A stretch of DNA of 64,000 nt from Euglena gracilis. Lineage: Eukaryota. The stretch lies in the NCBI GenBank assembly GCA_039621445.1, contig CP154954.1, positions 30,384,395 to 30,448,394 of the forward strand, written 5' to 3'. The notes under the pieces are model-generated. The model was not told the origin of the DNA and did no database searches. It saw only the letters and a list, made by a program, of their open reading frames with translations. Positions within the stretch are counted from its first letter, which is position 1. Each line of letters opens with the position of its first letter. The position numbers were made by a program, and so were the translations under genes. Of the stretch, positions 35,931 through 47,923 are shown piece after piece.

Positions 35931-36615
35931 CAGGGTTGGCGTTTTTTTGTTTTTTTAAAAAAAAACAAAAAAACATGTTTTTTTTTAAAAAAAACGCAAA
36001 AAAACATGTTTTTTTTTCGAAAAAGCAAAAATTGACCTTTTTCCTTGCGAAATGACCATTTTTTTTGAAGAAATTTTTTTGCGGGTGGTTCGGGTCACGA
36101 GGGGGGGGGGGTCACGGGGGGGGGTCACAGGGGGGGGTCACGAGGGGGGGTCACATTTTCGGTGGCCAGATTAGAAATCACCGAAAAAGAATTTTTGGGA
36201 TAAAATCCTTTTTAGGCTCCAAAATAGGAATCCCCCAAACGAAAATTAGGAAATCTACCGGAATATTTTGTCAAATTAGGCATCACCAGCCAAGTTTTTC
36301 AGAAAAAATGGCCAAAACGGGTCTTAGGTCGGGTTGGGGGAGGGGGGTCATGGGGGGAACACCCCCTGTGAAGTTTTTTTTTCAAATGTGTGAAAGTATT
36401 TCCAAATCTGTGTTTTCTGGTGCGAAAATCATGCTTTCAACCCAAAAAAATGAATGTTGTAGAGATAAAAAATGCACTTTTTCCCAAAAAAAACATTGCA
36501 AAATTTTTTTCCCCCAAACCCTCCATGACGTTTTTTTTGTTTTTTTTTAAAAAAACATATTTTTTTTAAAAAAACATGTTTTTTTTGTTTCAAAAAAAAC
36601 AAGCCGTCAACCTTG
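35931..36615. mobile_element. hAT-like MITE (TIR CAGGGTTGGCG/CGTCAACCTTG)
   Basis: Related direct copy at 52536-53236; flanked by G-runs. Confidence 0.7.
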
Positions 36616-37321
36616 GGGGGGGCCTTTGAAGGCCCATGGCCTTTGCCGGCCACTGGGACAAAATGCTGCAACAGGAAAAAAATGTGTCACAGGGGGGCCT
36701 TTGCAGGCCCATGGCCTTGGCAGGCCACTGGAGCAAAATGGTGTTGAGGCCACTGGGGCAAAATGGTGCAACAGACCGAAATGTTGTCACAGGGGGGCCT
36801 TTGCAGGCTCAGTGACTTTGCAGGACACTGGGGTAAAATGGTGTCACTTAGGGGTTGGGGTGGCAAAATGTTTTTCAATGTCAAGTCAAAATTGCTGCAA
36901 AAAGTGTCAACAGATGAAAGGAGTTTCCCTTCAGGACACAGGTTTTCACTGGCACTTTCAAACAAAGCAAAAGAGAGTGCACAGAGAAGGAATGCAAACA
37001 GGTTCCAAGTGGCAGTGGGGGCTTACAACAGATGTTGGTGCAGCCACTAGCCCCGAGTCTGGCAATGAAAACCAAAACTGTGAAAAGATGTCTGATGCCT
37101 GGTGTGAGATGACAGGGGTACGGATGGAGAACAATGTTTGAAAGCAATCTGGGGGGTTGGTTGGGGAAGATGTCAGCACCAGAAGGTTTCCCTGCATGCA
37201 AATGGAAAGGTTGGTGATGGGTGACCTTTGGAGACCCAAAGAATGGTGGTGTGCATGGTGGGTTTGCAGTGGTTGGGCATGATAGAAGGGGTGGGTATGC
37301 AGTGATTGGGGGGCTGATCAT

Positions 37322-37480
37322 TGGGGGGGGCCTTTGCAGGCCCGGGGGCTGGGGGGGCCTTTGCAGGCCCAGTGGCTGGGGGGGCCTTTTCAGGCCCAGT
37401 GGCTGGGGGGGCCTTTGCAGGCCCAGTGGCTGGGGGGGCCTTTTCAGGCCTAGAAAGGTTGGTGGGGGCCTTTTCAGGCC
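37322..37480. repeat. 27-bp minisatellite (GGGGGGCCTTTGCAGGCCCAGTGGCTG)
   Basis: About 5-6 units, with related motifs at 36616-36830. A separate 30-bp triplication lies at ~37585-37676. Confidence 0.85.
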
Positions 37481-37776
37481 CAAAGAAACCAGATAAACCA
37501 TAAAGGCCTCACCGGCCATAGAAAGCATGATGAGCTCCTGCAGTAACACCAAAGGGCTGAAGCCCAAAGCTTGTAACATGAATACCGCCTTCTTCCGCCT
37601 GCACCGGCAGGACGTCTGCCTTCTTCCGCCTGCACCAGCAGGACTTCTGCCTTCTTCCGCCTGCACCAGCAGGACTTGTAAGGACTTTCGATGATAGTTG
37701 AATTCTTGACTTGGATACTTGACCCCACCAGGAGCTTTCAATTGTCCGCCATGTATTATGCGAAGAAAAATACACA

Positions 37777-37801
37777 CGAAAAAAAATAGACACTCAGAAA
37801 G
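37777..37801 (-). other. Euglena-type spliced-leader exon sequence (relic; not an intact SL-RNA gene)
   Basis: CTTTCTGAGTGTCTATTTTTTTTCG matches 25 of 26 nt of the E. gracilis SL as I recall it. Followed by TG rather than the GT donor. Confidence 0.88.
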
Positions 37802-37810
37802 AAACTCAGA

Positions 37811-38034
37811 TTTTTTGGCAAACACCACGGTGGGTAGCACAGCTTCACCCAAACTGTGCCCCGGGCCCAGGGAAACGTCTCTTTTGGCCCTCGCCACAAG
37901 AGGAACCCCCTTGTGACTCCCTCTGCCGCCACATGTCGCGGGTAGATTATACTGTGGGTGTAATGTACAAAAGAGCTACTGAGTGATACTTGTTCAGGGT
38001 GGGTGTGGAGGTCAGTGGTTAGCGGAAGATGAGC
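37811..38034 (-). mobile_element. 224-bp 5'-truncated family-A-related CRE 3' fragment
   Basis: Homologous to ~750-949 including the double-hairpin tail and A6. 13-bp TSD AAAGAAACTCAGA at 37798-37810 and 38035-38047. Confidence 0.85.
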
Positions 38035-38047
38035 AAAGAAACTCAGA

Positions 38048-41000
38048 AACATCCACTCACCTTGGTGATTCTTTATTTTGTGAGGCTTTGGTTTAGGTCC
38101 TCCCCACCGATCCCCCCAACACTTTTGTTAACTTGGGTTTCGTTGAAACAGATGGAACTCATTTTGGTCCGACCCCTTTTTCAGAAATTGGTTCAAATGC
38201 ATAATATCAAATGGACGAGGTGTGAGATGCTGTTTTTTAGGACCTGGAGGGGTCGGCACCAAACCTGCCCCTGGGGTGGGACAGGGGATTCGGGGGGTCA
38301 ATTTTGTCCCAAAAATGTTAGTTCTTCGCACTGAAAAAAAGAGGGACCCCCATCCACCGTGAGTGGGGTGGGCTGAGCTGGGACCCCTCCCGCCGTGAAA
38401 AATAATTTAATGAAAAATAATGATTCCTTGAGATCCACCCAATGGATGATGCAATGCGTTCTGACAATTCCTCAAATGGGTCTCAAGGCAGGGGGGCACA
38501 AGCGCCTTTTCTGCATTTGTGTATTTTTTTGATTTTTGGCGGAATTTGCTAGGGGCTGTACAGAACTGTGTGGGGGGGGGGGCAGGGCGGTCCTTTGAAA
38601 CCGGAAGGGTCAGGAACGTTTTTTTTTTGTTTTCTTAAGGACTGCCCCCCCCCCTTTCTGCCGACCAAGGGCTGGACTAGGATTTGAACGGGGTCAAAAA
38701 CTCAAAAGTTAAAATGTACATTTTTTGATGATTTGGGTGGATGGACGATGGTCCAAGGATGCCAGGGCTCATTTTTTTCCTGGTGTCGACCTCTTCTTGC
38801 CGAAAAATACCAATTTTTCTTGCCCACTTCCTTGGTTTTTTGTCCTTGACTGTGCTGGAACAGCGGAGTTTTTTTTTAAATTTCCTAAAGGACCGATGTG
38901 GGGTGGAGTCCCCCCCCCCCCGCCAGCTTTCCATTTTTCTGGGGGGGGTGCCAATTTCTACGCCAAACTTTTCCCTCGGCTCCCCTGGAATTTTTTTTTG
39001 GTCCCCAAGGGGGACCCTTCGTGCCAAGTTTGCCCCTCCCCCTAGTTCTGCTGGGAATTTTTTTCCAACTTGGAAAAAATTGGCACTTTGAGCCTGAGGT
39101 TAATTTTTCCTCTTTGGTGGAAATGTGTTCTCAGTATGAGCTTTTCTGCAATCATCCATAATTTTCTTGAAGGTTCCAATGTCATCCCACCCAACTCACC
39201 ACAGCCCCCATACCTCCTTCCTTTGCCCACCAACCACCCATGAACAATGACCACCCCCCAGTTGGGGGTCACAGTTTCGGGGGTACATACGACCACCCTC
39301 CTGGCCGGGGTTGAAGATGGCTTTGAAAATTGGGTTGTTTTTTGGCACGGCGTCCGATCACCCCCTGGTCAGGGGTTGTGGGTTGGGTGGCGTGTACGAC
39401 CCCCCCCCCACTGACATGTGAACACCCAGGGCTCATGTACCCCCTCTGCCCACCGACCGGGTTCCTACGACCCCTGACCCGGTGTGCCACTTTGAAGAGT
39501 CGGACAAAGGGGTGCTCCCGCATTTTTTGAAATATTTTGCGCCTTCTGTTGTAGAGCGGCACCCGTTGGGTCCTTTTTACAGCGTTCCCGCCGAACGCTG
39601 ACCACTCCCCCCTCTTTGCCGTCTGTAATGAGCCCGAAATACCGCATTTAGTTTTCTCAAATCCAGGGCTGTTATCTTCCATCACATTTTAGCCTCATAT
39701 TCCCTTTTAACGATAGCATGGAAACTTGGCCTCCTTCAAAGTTGGATCCTCGCCCAGAGGCCAGATATATTTATGGTTGTTGATGCCCCAAGGTTGCATA
39801 ATTCTTTTGAAGAATTGCTGGATGTTGGACTTTTTTTTGCAGAAGAGACTCAATGATATGGATTGCTGTTAAAAGCATTCAATATGCCACAGAAGCAACA
39901 ATATTGCATATCAATTTATCATTTCAAAAAAATTACCATATCAATGAAGGGTTGCATCAAATTCTCGAAATTTGATGTGCAACATTTTTCTTGCAACAAT
40001 CAGTCTATTGCTTAAGGCTTCACAATACCCGGGGTGCTGGCCAAATTTGGCAAGCGAAATCCGGGGTCTTCTAGCAGGGCTAGCTGGTGAAAAAAGAATT
40101 TCACAGTGACCGGCGTGAAGTGCCGAAATTTTTTGGAGGACCCCAAAACTTGCCAAACAGGCTCATTTTTAGCCATTTTGGGGATTTTTCTAACAAAATC
40201 AGCCAAAAAATGTATTAAAAACTTGATTTCCATCCCGGAGAAATGAATTTTTCCTGGGGGGGCGGACCCCCCTGGGGGGGGGGGGAGGCTGGTCCAGCAA
40301 GTCCTTTTTTCCAGTGTCTAGTAAGATGGCCAACCAGTGACCCTCCTGGGGGCCTTAAGCATGCATAGACCAAGAATATGTTATTTTCAATGTTTACAGG
40401 TATGTGCACAGATATTCATGCATAATATGAAATCCCAGGTGACAAAAGTTGTGATCCGAACAGGGACCAGGACGTTTGTTAGATTGAGGGGGGGGGGCGC
40501 AGGTATGGACGTGCGTACATATTTGCACACATACCTCCCTCCCTCCCAATGGAAACTGTCATGCCTGAGAATCCTGCCCGTGAAACTGTCAGGGTCCCCG
40601 TCAACAACAACCTGTCAAGGAAGTTGCCAGGGCCCCTGGTGCTGGCCAACCTGTCAGGGTCTCTTTTTTTTTCGCTTGAAATGCCCTTCCCAGGAAACTG
40701 TCAAGGTCGCCCCCTTGGAAACCAGGGTCTTGGGTGCTGACCAACGTGTCATGATAGGAAGTTGGCCCACTATGGGCCAAACCCCCTTGGCCCAACAGAA
40801 GGGCAGCCCAGAGAGCGCGCCATAGATGGCACTTCGTTCAAAACGAAGTCAAAAAAAACACGTTTTTTTTAAAAAAAACATGTTTTTTTAAATAAATAAA
40901 AAACGCCATTGAGGGTCCAGGGCAAAAAAATTTTTTGCTTTTAATTTTAGCTTTTTTTGCCCATCCCAAACACAAAAAGCTTAGTTAAATTCTGCCTTTT

Positions 41001-42268
41001 GTTCCCGCGCTCTGTCAAAAAAGGACCTAGTTTGGAATGGTTTCCAGCCAAAATGGCAGAAAAATGCCCTATTTTGACCATTCTTGTTGAAGACAACCAA
41101 AAGTATTGGTTTTCAAGTCATTTGAGCTAAGATTGGTTCACCCTTGCGATCAAAGGCAAAATTTGGACCATCATTTTCCCCTTTGTTTTTTTTGCCGTTT
41201 TTTTTGCCCGTTTTTTTTTATAAAAAACAAAAAAATCGTTTTTTTTTTGGGAGAGCACGCCGTCGGCCAGCCGTGTGACTCACAGGAAAATGACCCGAGC
41301 CATAGCTCACCAATACAAAAACAATTTCGCCGCCAATCCCCTGTCAAGGTCATGTTCATCGTTCGTGGAGGCTGCATTTTTGCCCAGTTTCGTCAATTTT
41401 TGTCAATTTTGTCAATTTTGGGACTTTTTTGACCAATTTTGACCATTTCAGCCGATTTTTGGGTCATTCCACAGTCATTGTGAAGGAATTTTGCCAACAA
41501 ATTATTCGAATGACTAAAAATTGTTCGTCGTGGTCAAAATCATTGGTGGTCCATTTTCCACAAACTGACAAAAATTACCTGTTATGGACGGAAAAAGGCT
41601 GAAATTTTGTGTGGAACGGTTTCAAGTGACTAAAAATTGCCCAAAGCAACCCCTCTTGTAGGGCTTTGCACCCCAAATTAGGCATTAATCACTCAAAGTT
41701 AGGAATTGGCCCACCAAATCCCCTCAAAATTAGGAACCTTTTCACTAATTAGGAATTTACCACTCAAAAGAAGGCATTGGCACACCAAACTTGGGATTGC
41801 CACTCAAAATATCAGCATTTTACACCCAAAATTAGGCATTTGCCGCACATTTGCCACATGAAAATAGGAATTTGCACCTCAAAATTAGGAATTGGCACAC
41901 TAAATTAGGAATTTACCTTCCAAAATTTGGAACAGGCACACCAAATTAGGCATTTGCATCTCAACAAAAGCTCAACGACAGGACCCGGCTTCCGTCACGC
42001 CGTCGGCCAGCCGTCGGCCAGCCGTCGGCCAGCCGTGTGCTCCCCCTTTAAAAAAAACAAAAAAAAACACCAGCTATGGAGCGCGCACAGCCCCCCCCAC
42101 ACGCAAGGCAGCCCGAGACACGCAACGAGCACGCCCCAGCGCACAAGGGGCAGGGCAGCCCCAGGCCGCGCACAACAACGAGCCCCCCCCCCCAGCGCAC
42201 AACGGGAGGGGACCGCACGTACCCAAGGCAGCCCCCCCCCCCCAGGGGGAACCAGTCCAGGCAGACCA
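38048..42268. repeat. Left arm of inverted duplication IR2
   Basis: 38048-39650<->48015-49615; 39930-40820<->43760-45083; 42079-42268<->43583-43770. Confidence 0.9.
40821..42078. mobile_element. hAT-like non-autonomous element, longer relative of the 22598-23022 MITE
   Basis: TIR CATAGATGG/CCAGCTATG; TSD GAGCGCGC at 40813-40820 and 42079-42086; empty site near 43760. Confidence 0.85.
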
Positions 42269-42384
42269 TGGACTTGGAAGGCCAATCCCAAAGAGGTTTG
42301 TGCTGGGAAATAAGGAATGTCAAAATGGGAATCGCCCATGGCATCTTCCCCAGGGAATTTTCGTCATTTCGTTATCATCCAGCT

Positions 42385-42960
42385 ACGGTGGTGGGGCGAA
42401 CCGAATCCACCGACCAGTGGCGCAGCCTACTGGATTTGAAGTGTACGGGGGGGAAGGTTATGCACAGATGGGGAGACCCCATGGATAAGGTAGTGGCTGA
42501 GGGTGTCATCCGGTTCCCAGGAAACCCGGAAGGGCGAAGAGCGGGAAGCTTTAAGTGTCGTGAGGGGGGGTGCAGGCTGAGAGGGAAGAAATAGAACATG
42601 CAGTATAACAGGGGGAAGGGTGGTGACGGCGTATCTGGAGAGGGAAGTATAGGGGAATGGTGAGGAGTAGTGGGGGAAAGGCTAGGAGACGCGAGAGATA
42701 AGAAGGCAGTCAGCGTGTAAAGGGGCCGGGGGACAGTCCGTGCAGGCGACTCCGGAGAACAGTGCCAAAGAGAGGCCCTGTTGTAGTTCATCAAGGAACA
42801 CGCTCCGCGCCCCTCCGGAGGCCGTGGCCCCAAGGCGACGCCGGAGCTCATCCCATACGCCGTGACTGTCTCCACCGAAGGACCCCCAGACGCTGAGGAT
42901 CAATGGGGAGAAGCGTGCCCCCCCGTGCCTGCGTGGCAACGGGCCCCGTACTTGGCCGTC
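42385..42960 (-). mobile_element. 3' fragment of CRE-like element (family 4) in IR2 spacer
   Basis: FSPLILSVWGSFG...QQGLSLAL is the C-terminal motif shared with the other CRE ORFs. Family-B tail at 42385-42428. Confidence 0.75.
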
Positions 42961-43266
42961 TTTTTCTGCGCCCGGCCGCGAAGGAGCTCCCATGAGGCAG
43001 GCAAGCTCCAACCAGCACTGGGCGGTGAGGGGTGATTGATGCCCACGTCAATGATCCTTCACCAGGAGGACCAGCCCAGATAATTCCACTTAGACGATGC
43101 ATCCATCTAACTCCAAACAGTGCCCCCACCCAGTAACACAGTTTCCTTCGAAAGGAAAACATCCCCAAGGGGGACCAACCCAACAGTGGCATGCGTCGGA
43201 AATCCCTTCCCAACAACATAGGGTTTACCAAAGTCCCGGGGTGGTCCTGCGCGTGGATTCCGCCTT

Positions 43267-43320
43267 TGGGGAAGAGGAGGGCTTCTATTGTGTGGCGAAG
43301 TTGAGGAAAACCCAGGCCCG
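43267..43320 (+). other. 2A-like motif WGRGGLLLCGEVEENPG|P
   Basis: Closely resembles T2A (GRGSLLTCGDVEENPGP) with D->E. Confidence 0.75.
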
Positions 43321-43805
43321 CGGACGGGGTGGCCAGGTAAGAGAGGCCGCCAAACCCGGAGGCGACCAAAAAAACCGCGCCAATGGCCACCGATAATTCC
43401 GGATCCATGTTGGTCTCATTTTCGTTTGGTCGGGCCGGTACGTTACTTGGCGGGGATGGGGCGTTTTTTTTGGCCGCCCCCTGGGAGGGCGTTTTTTTTT
43501 TGGCATCCCCTTCGTGCGTGGGGAGGGAGGCTGGTTTTCTTTTCCGGCGCGCGGGCTTGGTGTGCCCGGGCTCTCGCATGCCTGGACTGCCTGGACTGGT
43601 TCCCCCTGGGGGGGGCTGCCTTGGGTACGTGCGGTCCCCTCCCGTTGTGCACTGGGGGGGGGGGCTCTTTGTTGTGCGCGGCCTGGGGCTGCCCTGCCCC
43701 TTGTGCGCTGGGGCGTGCTCGTTGCGTGTCTCGGGCTGCCTTGCGTGTGGGGGGGCTGTGCGCGCTCTCTGGGCTGCCCTTTTCTTGGGCCAAGGCGGTT
43801 TGGCC

Positions 43806-44253
43806 CATACATCTCTCTACGGTTTTGCGAACCCCCCCCGGGGGGGGACGGCTGCAGCCAGCCCCGATTTGGGCCCAGCCCAGCCGCAGCAGCACCCCCT
43901 CCGGGGGGGGGGGGGGTGCAGCTAGCCCAGCTAGCCAGCCCCTTTTTGGGGGGTCCAGCCCAAAATTTTTTCGGTGCAAAGCGCCGAAATTTTTTGAAAA
44001 ACTGTGTTCAAAAGTGGCCAAAAATGGGGTTTGGGGGACGTTTGGGGCATTTTTGGGGGGTTTCGGATGCATCATTTTTTCAAAACTGTGTTCTGCAGGT
44101 CATTTTTGGGCATTTTTCCGTTTTCAGTCCAGCTCGCCCCGGTTCGGGTCCAGCCGGGGCCCAGCCCCCCCCAGGGGGGGGGGGCGGGCCAGCCAGCCCA
44201 AATTTCTAGCCCTAGCCCAGCACCCCCCCCCGGGGTCCTTAAAGAGATGTATG
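43806..44253. mobile_element. hAT-like MITE (TIR CATACATCTCT)
   Basis: TSD GTTTGGCC at 43798-43805 and 44254-44261; empty site near 40775. Confidence 0.85.
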
Positions 44254-45083
44254 GTTTGGCCCATAGTGGGCCAACTTCCTATCATGACACGTTGGCCAGC
44301 ACCCAAGACCCTGGTTTCCAAGGGGGCGACCTTGACAGTTTCCTGGGAAGGGCATTTCAAGCGAAAAAAAAAGAGACCCTGACAGGTTGGCCAGCACCAG
44401 GGGCCCTGACAACTTCCTTGACAGGTTGTTGTTGACGGGGACCCTGACAGTTTCACGGGCAGGATTCTCAGGCATGACAGTTTCCATTGGGAGGGAGGGA
44501 GGTATGTGTGCAAATATGTACGCACGTCCATACCTGCGCCCCCCCCCCCTCAATCTAACAAACGTCCTGGTCCCTGTTCGGATCACAACTTTTGTCACCT
44601 GGGATTTCATATTATGCATGAATATCTGTGCACATACCTGTAAACATTGAAAATAACATATTCTTGGTCTATGCATGCTTAAGGCCCCCAGGAGGGTCAC
44701 TGGTTGGCCATCTTACTAGACACTGGAAAAAAGGACTTGCTGGACCAGCCTCCCCCCCCCAGGGGGGTCCGCCCCCCCAGGAAAAATTCATTTCTCCGGG
44801 ATGGAAATCAAGTTTTTAATACATTTTTTGGCTGATTTTGTTAGAAAAATCCCAAAAATGGCCAAAAATGGGCCCTCCAAAAAATTTCGGCATTTCACGC
44901 CGGTCACTGTGAAATTCTTTTTTCACCAGCTAGCCCTGCTAGCAGACCCCGGATTTCGCTTGCCAAATTTGGCCAGCACCCCGGTACTGTGAAGCCTTAA
45001 GCAATAGACTGATTGTTGCAAGAAAAATGTTGCACATCAAATTTCGAGAATTTGATGCAACCCTTCATTGATATGGTAATTTT

Positions 45084-46420
45084 CAGGGTTGCATATAGGA
45101 ATATAGGGATATAGGAGATATAGGTATAGGTATAGGTATAGGTTTTTCTACCTCCTATATCTCCTATATCTCCTATATGTCGTGACCAAAAACAATTTTT
45201 GGGGGGAACATGAACGACATTGCAAGGAATTGTTTGCCCGTGTTTTTGTTGGATGCTTTATCACTTGCACCCCAAGATCACACTCTCGGAATGAACCCCT
45301 TTTGTGACAATATTATTCTTACCGTTGACCCAAATTTGTATTGGCAAAGCAAACATCATGTTGCCCAAGAATTGGCTGAATTTGCCTTTTTTTTTTTCAC
45401 CATCGCGGTCACTGAAGCGGCCGTGGAGCGCACTGCAAAAAGTGTGCAAAAAAATCCTGCAAACTCCAATCCGGAATTTGTTGAATGAGAAAGTGGTGCA
45501 AGCAGCACTTTTTATGAAGTTCAACTTGCTGAATTTTGGTGATGAGGGCCATTCCTCCCGCCCTGAGGGAGCCCAAAAAGTTTTTTTATCACGAAGATAT
45601 TTCTTTTGAAGCAAGGCTGGATTGAGGTTGAGGTATTGAGGTTGAGGTTGAGGTTGAGGTTGAGGTTGAGGTTGAGGTTTTCCAACCTCCATCTTTCCTC
45701 AATGTCACCTCAATGCCAAAATCCAAAGGAAAACGACTCAACAAAGAGAATTGAAAAAAAGAGTGTTACAAAGAGAGGCAAATTACCTGGATTTTTTCAA
45801 AAATTGGGCAATTGATCACTTATTTCAAGTTTTTTTGTCGGCACCCCACTATTTTTTCTTGTTTCCACCCACACATGTTGTAAATTGACATAAAAGCTGT
45901 CAAACTTGCCTTTGAAGGTTTTAGAAGAGGAGATGTTCCAATCCATGCTTTTTGTGAGTTCATTTTTTTGAATTTTGGACATTGAGGTGACATTGAGGTT
46001 GAGGTTGAGGTTGAGGTCGTTGACATTGAGGTTGAACTTTTTTTGAAATCCTCAACCTCAATCCCGCCCTGTTTGAAGACAATCCCTCCTGGGAGCCTTC
46101 TGACCTTACTGCCGATGTTGTCTCACCGTTTTGGCACTTCTGACCCCCAAAACAGTCGTTTGTGCCGGTGATCCGATGAACAAGGAAGAAGAGCCATCAT
46201 TTTCACTTCCTGTGCTCTTTCCTTGGCTCCTGAAGGCATTTATGTGTGCGAAGGTTTTGCACACATAAATGCCTTCAGGAACCAAGGAAAGAGACGTATA
46301 AGTGACATATAAGTGACATATTTGGAGACATATAAATGACATATAGGTATAGGTATAGGTATAGGTTGTCGACATATAGGTATAGGTCTTTTGCCAAACC
46401 TATACCTATATGCAACCCTG
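45084..46420. mobile_element. hAT-like element with (GGTATA)n subterminal repeats
   Basis: TIR CAGGGTTGCATATAGG; no TSD, and the right flank re-duplicates 44596-44652. Confidence 0.7.
45612..46071. mobile_element. Nested hAT-like MITE with (GGTTGA)n subterminal repeats
   Basis: TIR CAAGGCTGGATTGAGG/CCTCAATCCCGCCCTG; TTTGAAG repeated on both flanks. Confidence 0.75.
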
Positions 46421-46474
46421 CACCTGGGATTTCATATTATGCATGAATATCTGCGCACATACCTGTAAACATTG

Positions 46475-47923
46475 AAGGTGGCATAATTGCCGTCCCATCC
46501 CTATTCTTTAATGTGGTCAATGTCACAGTTATGCGCTTGTGATCATCAGACCATACTTGCAGTTAGTGTGACCGGAAAAATTGTTTCCGTGCGCCGCGAC
46601 CACCGCGGAAATTTTTTTTTGTAACTGGCAGTGCCGCGGCAAAAAATTTTCTGTGCGCCGCGAATGCCGCGGCACTGGTTTATGTGTGCGCCGCGACCGC
46701 CGCGGAAACTTTTGAAGTTTGTGCCGTGACCACCGCGGCAATTGTCTTTTTAAATTGTGTCCCACATATACTTCCTTTCGGCCCCATCCCTTGCCTGGCC
46801 TCTTTGATATTTTCTCGACCATGGCCGAGAAGGGTATTTGGCGGCAGGGAGTGAATTTTTGTGCAAGTGTTCTTGTTTGTTTTCACAGATCAGCTTTCAC
46901 CATCCATCAATCTAATTGTTTTCCACCAAAAAGGGTGTTGTGTTGCTGCCAATACGTTCTTGAGCTCCGGGCAGAAAATTTTTTGTGCCGCAACCACCTT
47001 GCGCCGCGACCACCGCGGAAAAGAATTTTTTGCGCCGCGGCATGAGCGCCGCGGCGCACTAACTACAAGTATGCATCAGACCCTGCCTTCAACACCGTTC
47101 CCTCGCCATCCGGGTCGTCCAGCACTTTTCCTGAGAGAGCAAAGTGCAACAAAAGTGTGGAGATTTGCAAGTATACCAGTTTGGGGTTCCTTCCACGTTG
47201 GGGTTTGGTCCCAGTTCACCATGACACAATTATCCCCAAGTAATTTCTGCACATTGATGATGTACCTGCGAAATCGGTCCATTTTCTGGAGCAGGTTGGT
47301 TGGGATCTTTTTCTTCAGTGACGTCACAGACTTTAGACGTAGCCCCCACCTCAGTCGAAATCTTCTCACCCAGTCGTCACTTACCTTGAATCGTTCCGTC
47401 ACAGGAACTGTTTGTATTGTTTCAACTGCTTGCAACCGGAGCATATACGTTGTTACTTTCAGACCTTGCACACGTCGAGCTCCCATTTCCAGATCTCACT
47501 TTCGACTTTTTCAAACGGCGAAGCACGTCCCGCACCAGGTCGCTCAGTATCCCTTTTCATGCCCAAATAAAATAAGTGTGCCTCATTTCGCCTCCTCTCG
47601 GCTTTCAGAATGGGATCTTCGGTTGGGGGCCCCTGAGAACTCCCTCGGGCCAACCATTTGCGGAAGTGCTGTGCGCTCAACTGTTCTTCTCCAGTTCTTT
47701 TGACCCATTTGGCAACAAATGCAGTCTGACTCATTTGCTTGTGCTTCAAAATCTTCCCCCCAGCATCAGTGACATGTACACGTTCCTTGTAATCTTTCAA
47801 GATGGCAGCGACAAACCCAGCATTGTGCATACAATACTTTCCACTGTTCCGCTGACCTACATTGCGGGCACCAGATGTGCCTCGCTTCTTGTTCACAGCC
47901 TTCATACTTGGCTTCACGGGCAT
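46475..47923 (-). pseudogene. pogo/Tigger-family transposase (CENP-B-type HTH plus start of DDE), frameshifted and truncated
   Basis: FKVSDDWVRRFRLR and NWDQTP. Removing a 46-nt GT-AG intron (47131-47176) and the MITE gives KRITVTL...DG...MPP in frame. Confidence 0.85.
46552..47073. mobile_element. hAT-like MITE interrupting pogo transposase
   Basis: TIR CATACTTGYAGTTAGTG; TSD CATCAGAC at 46544-46551 and 47074-47081. Confidence 0.88.
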
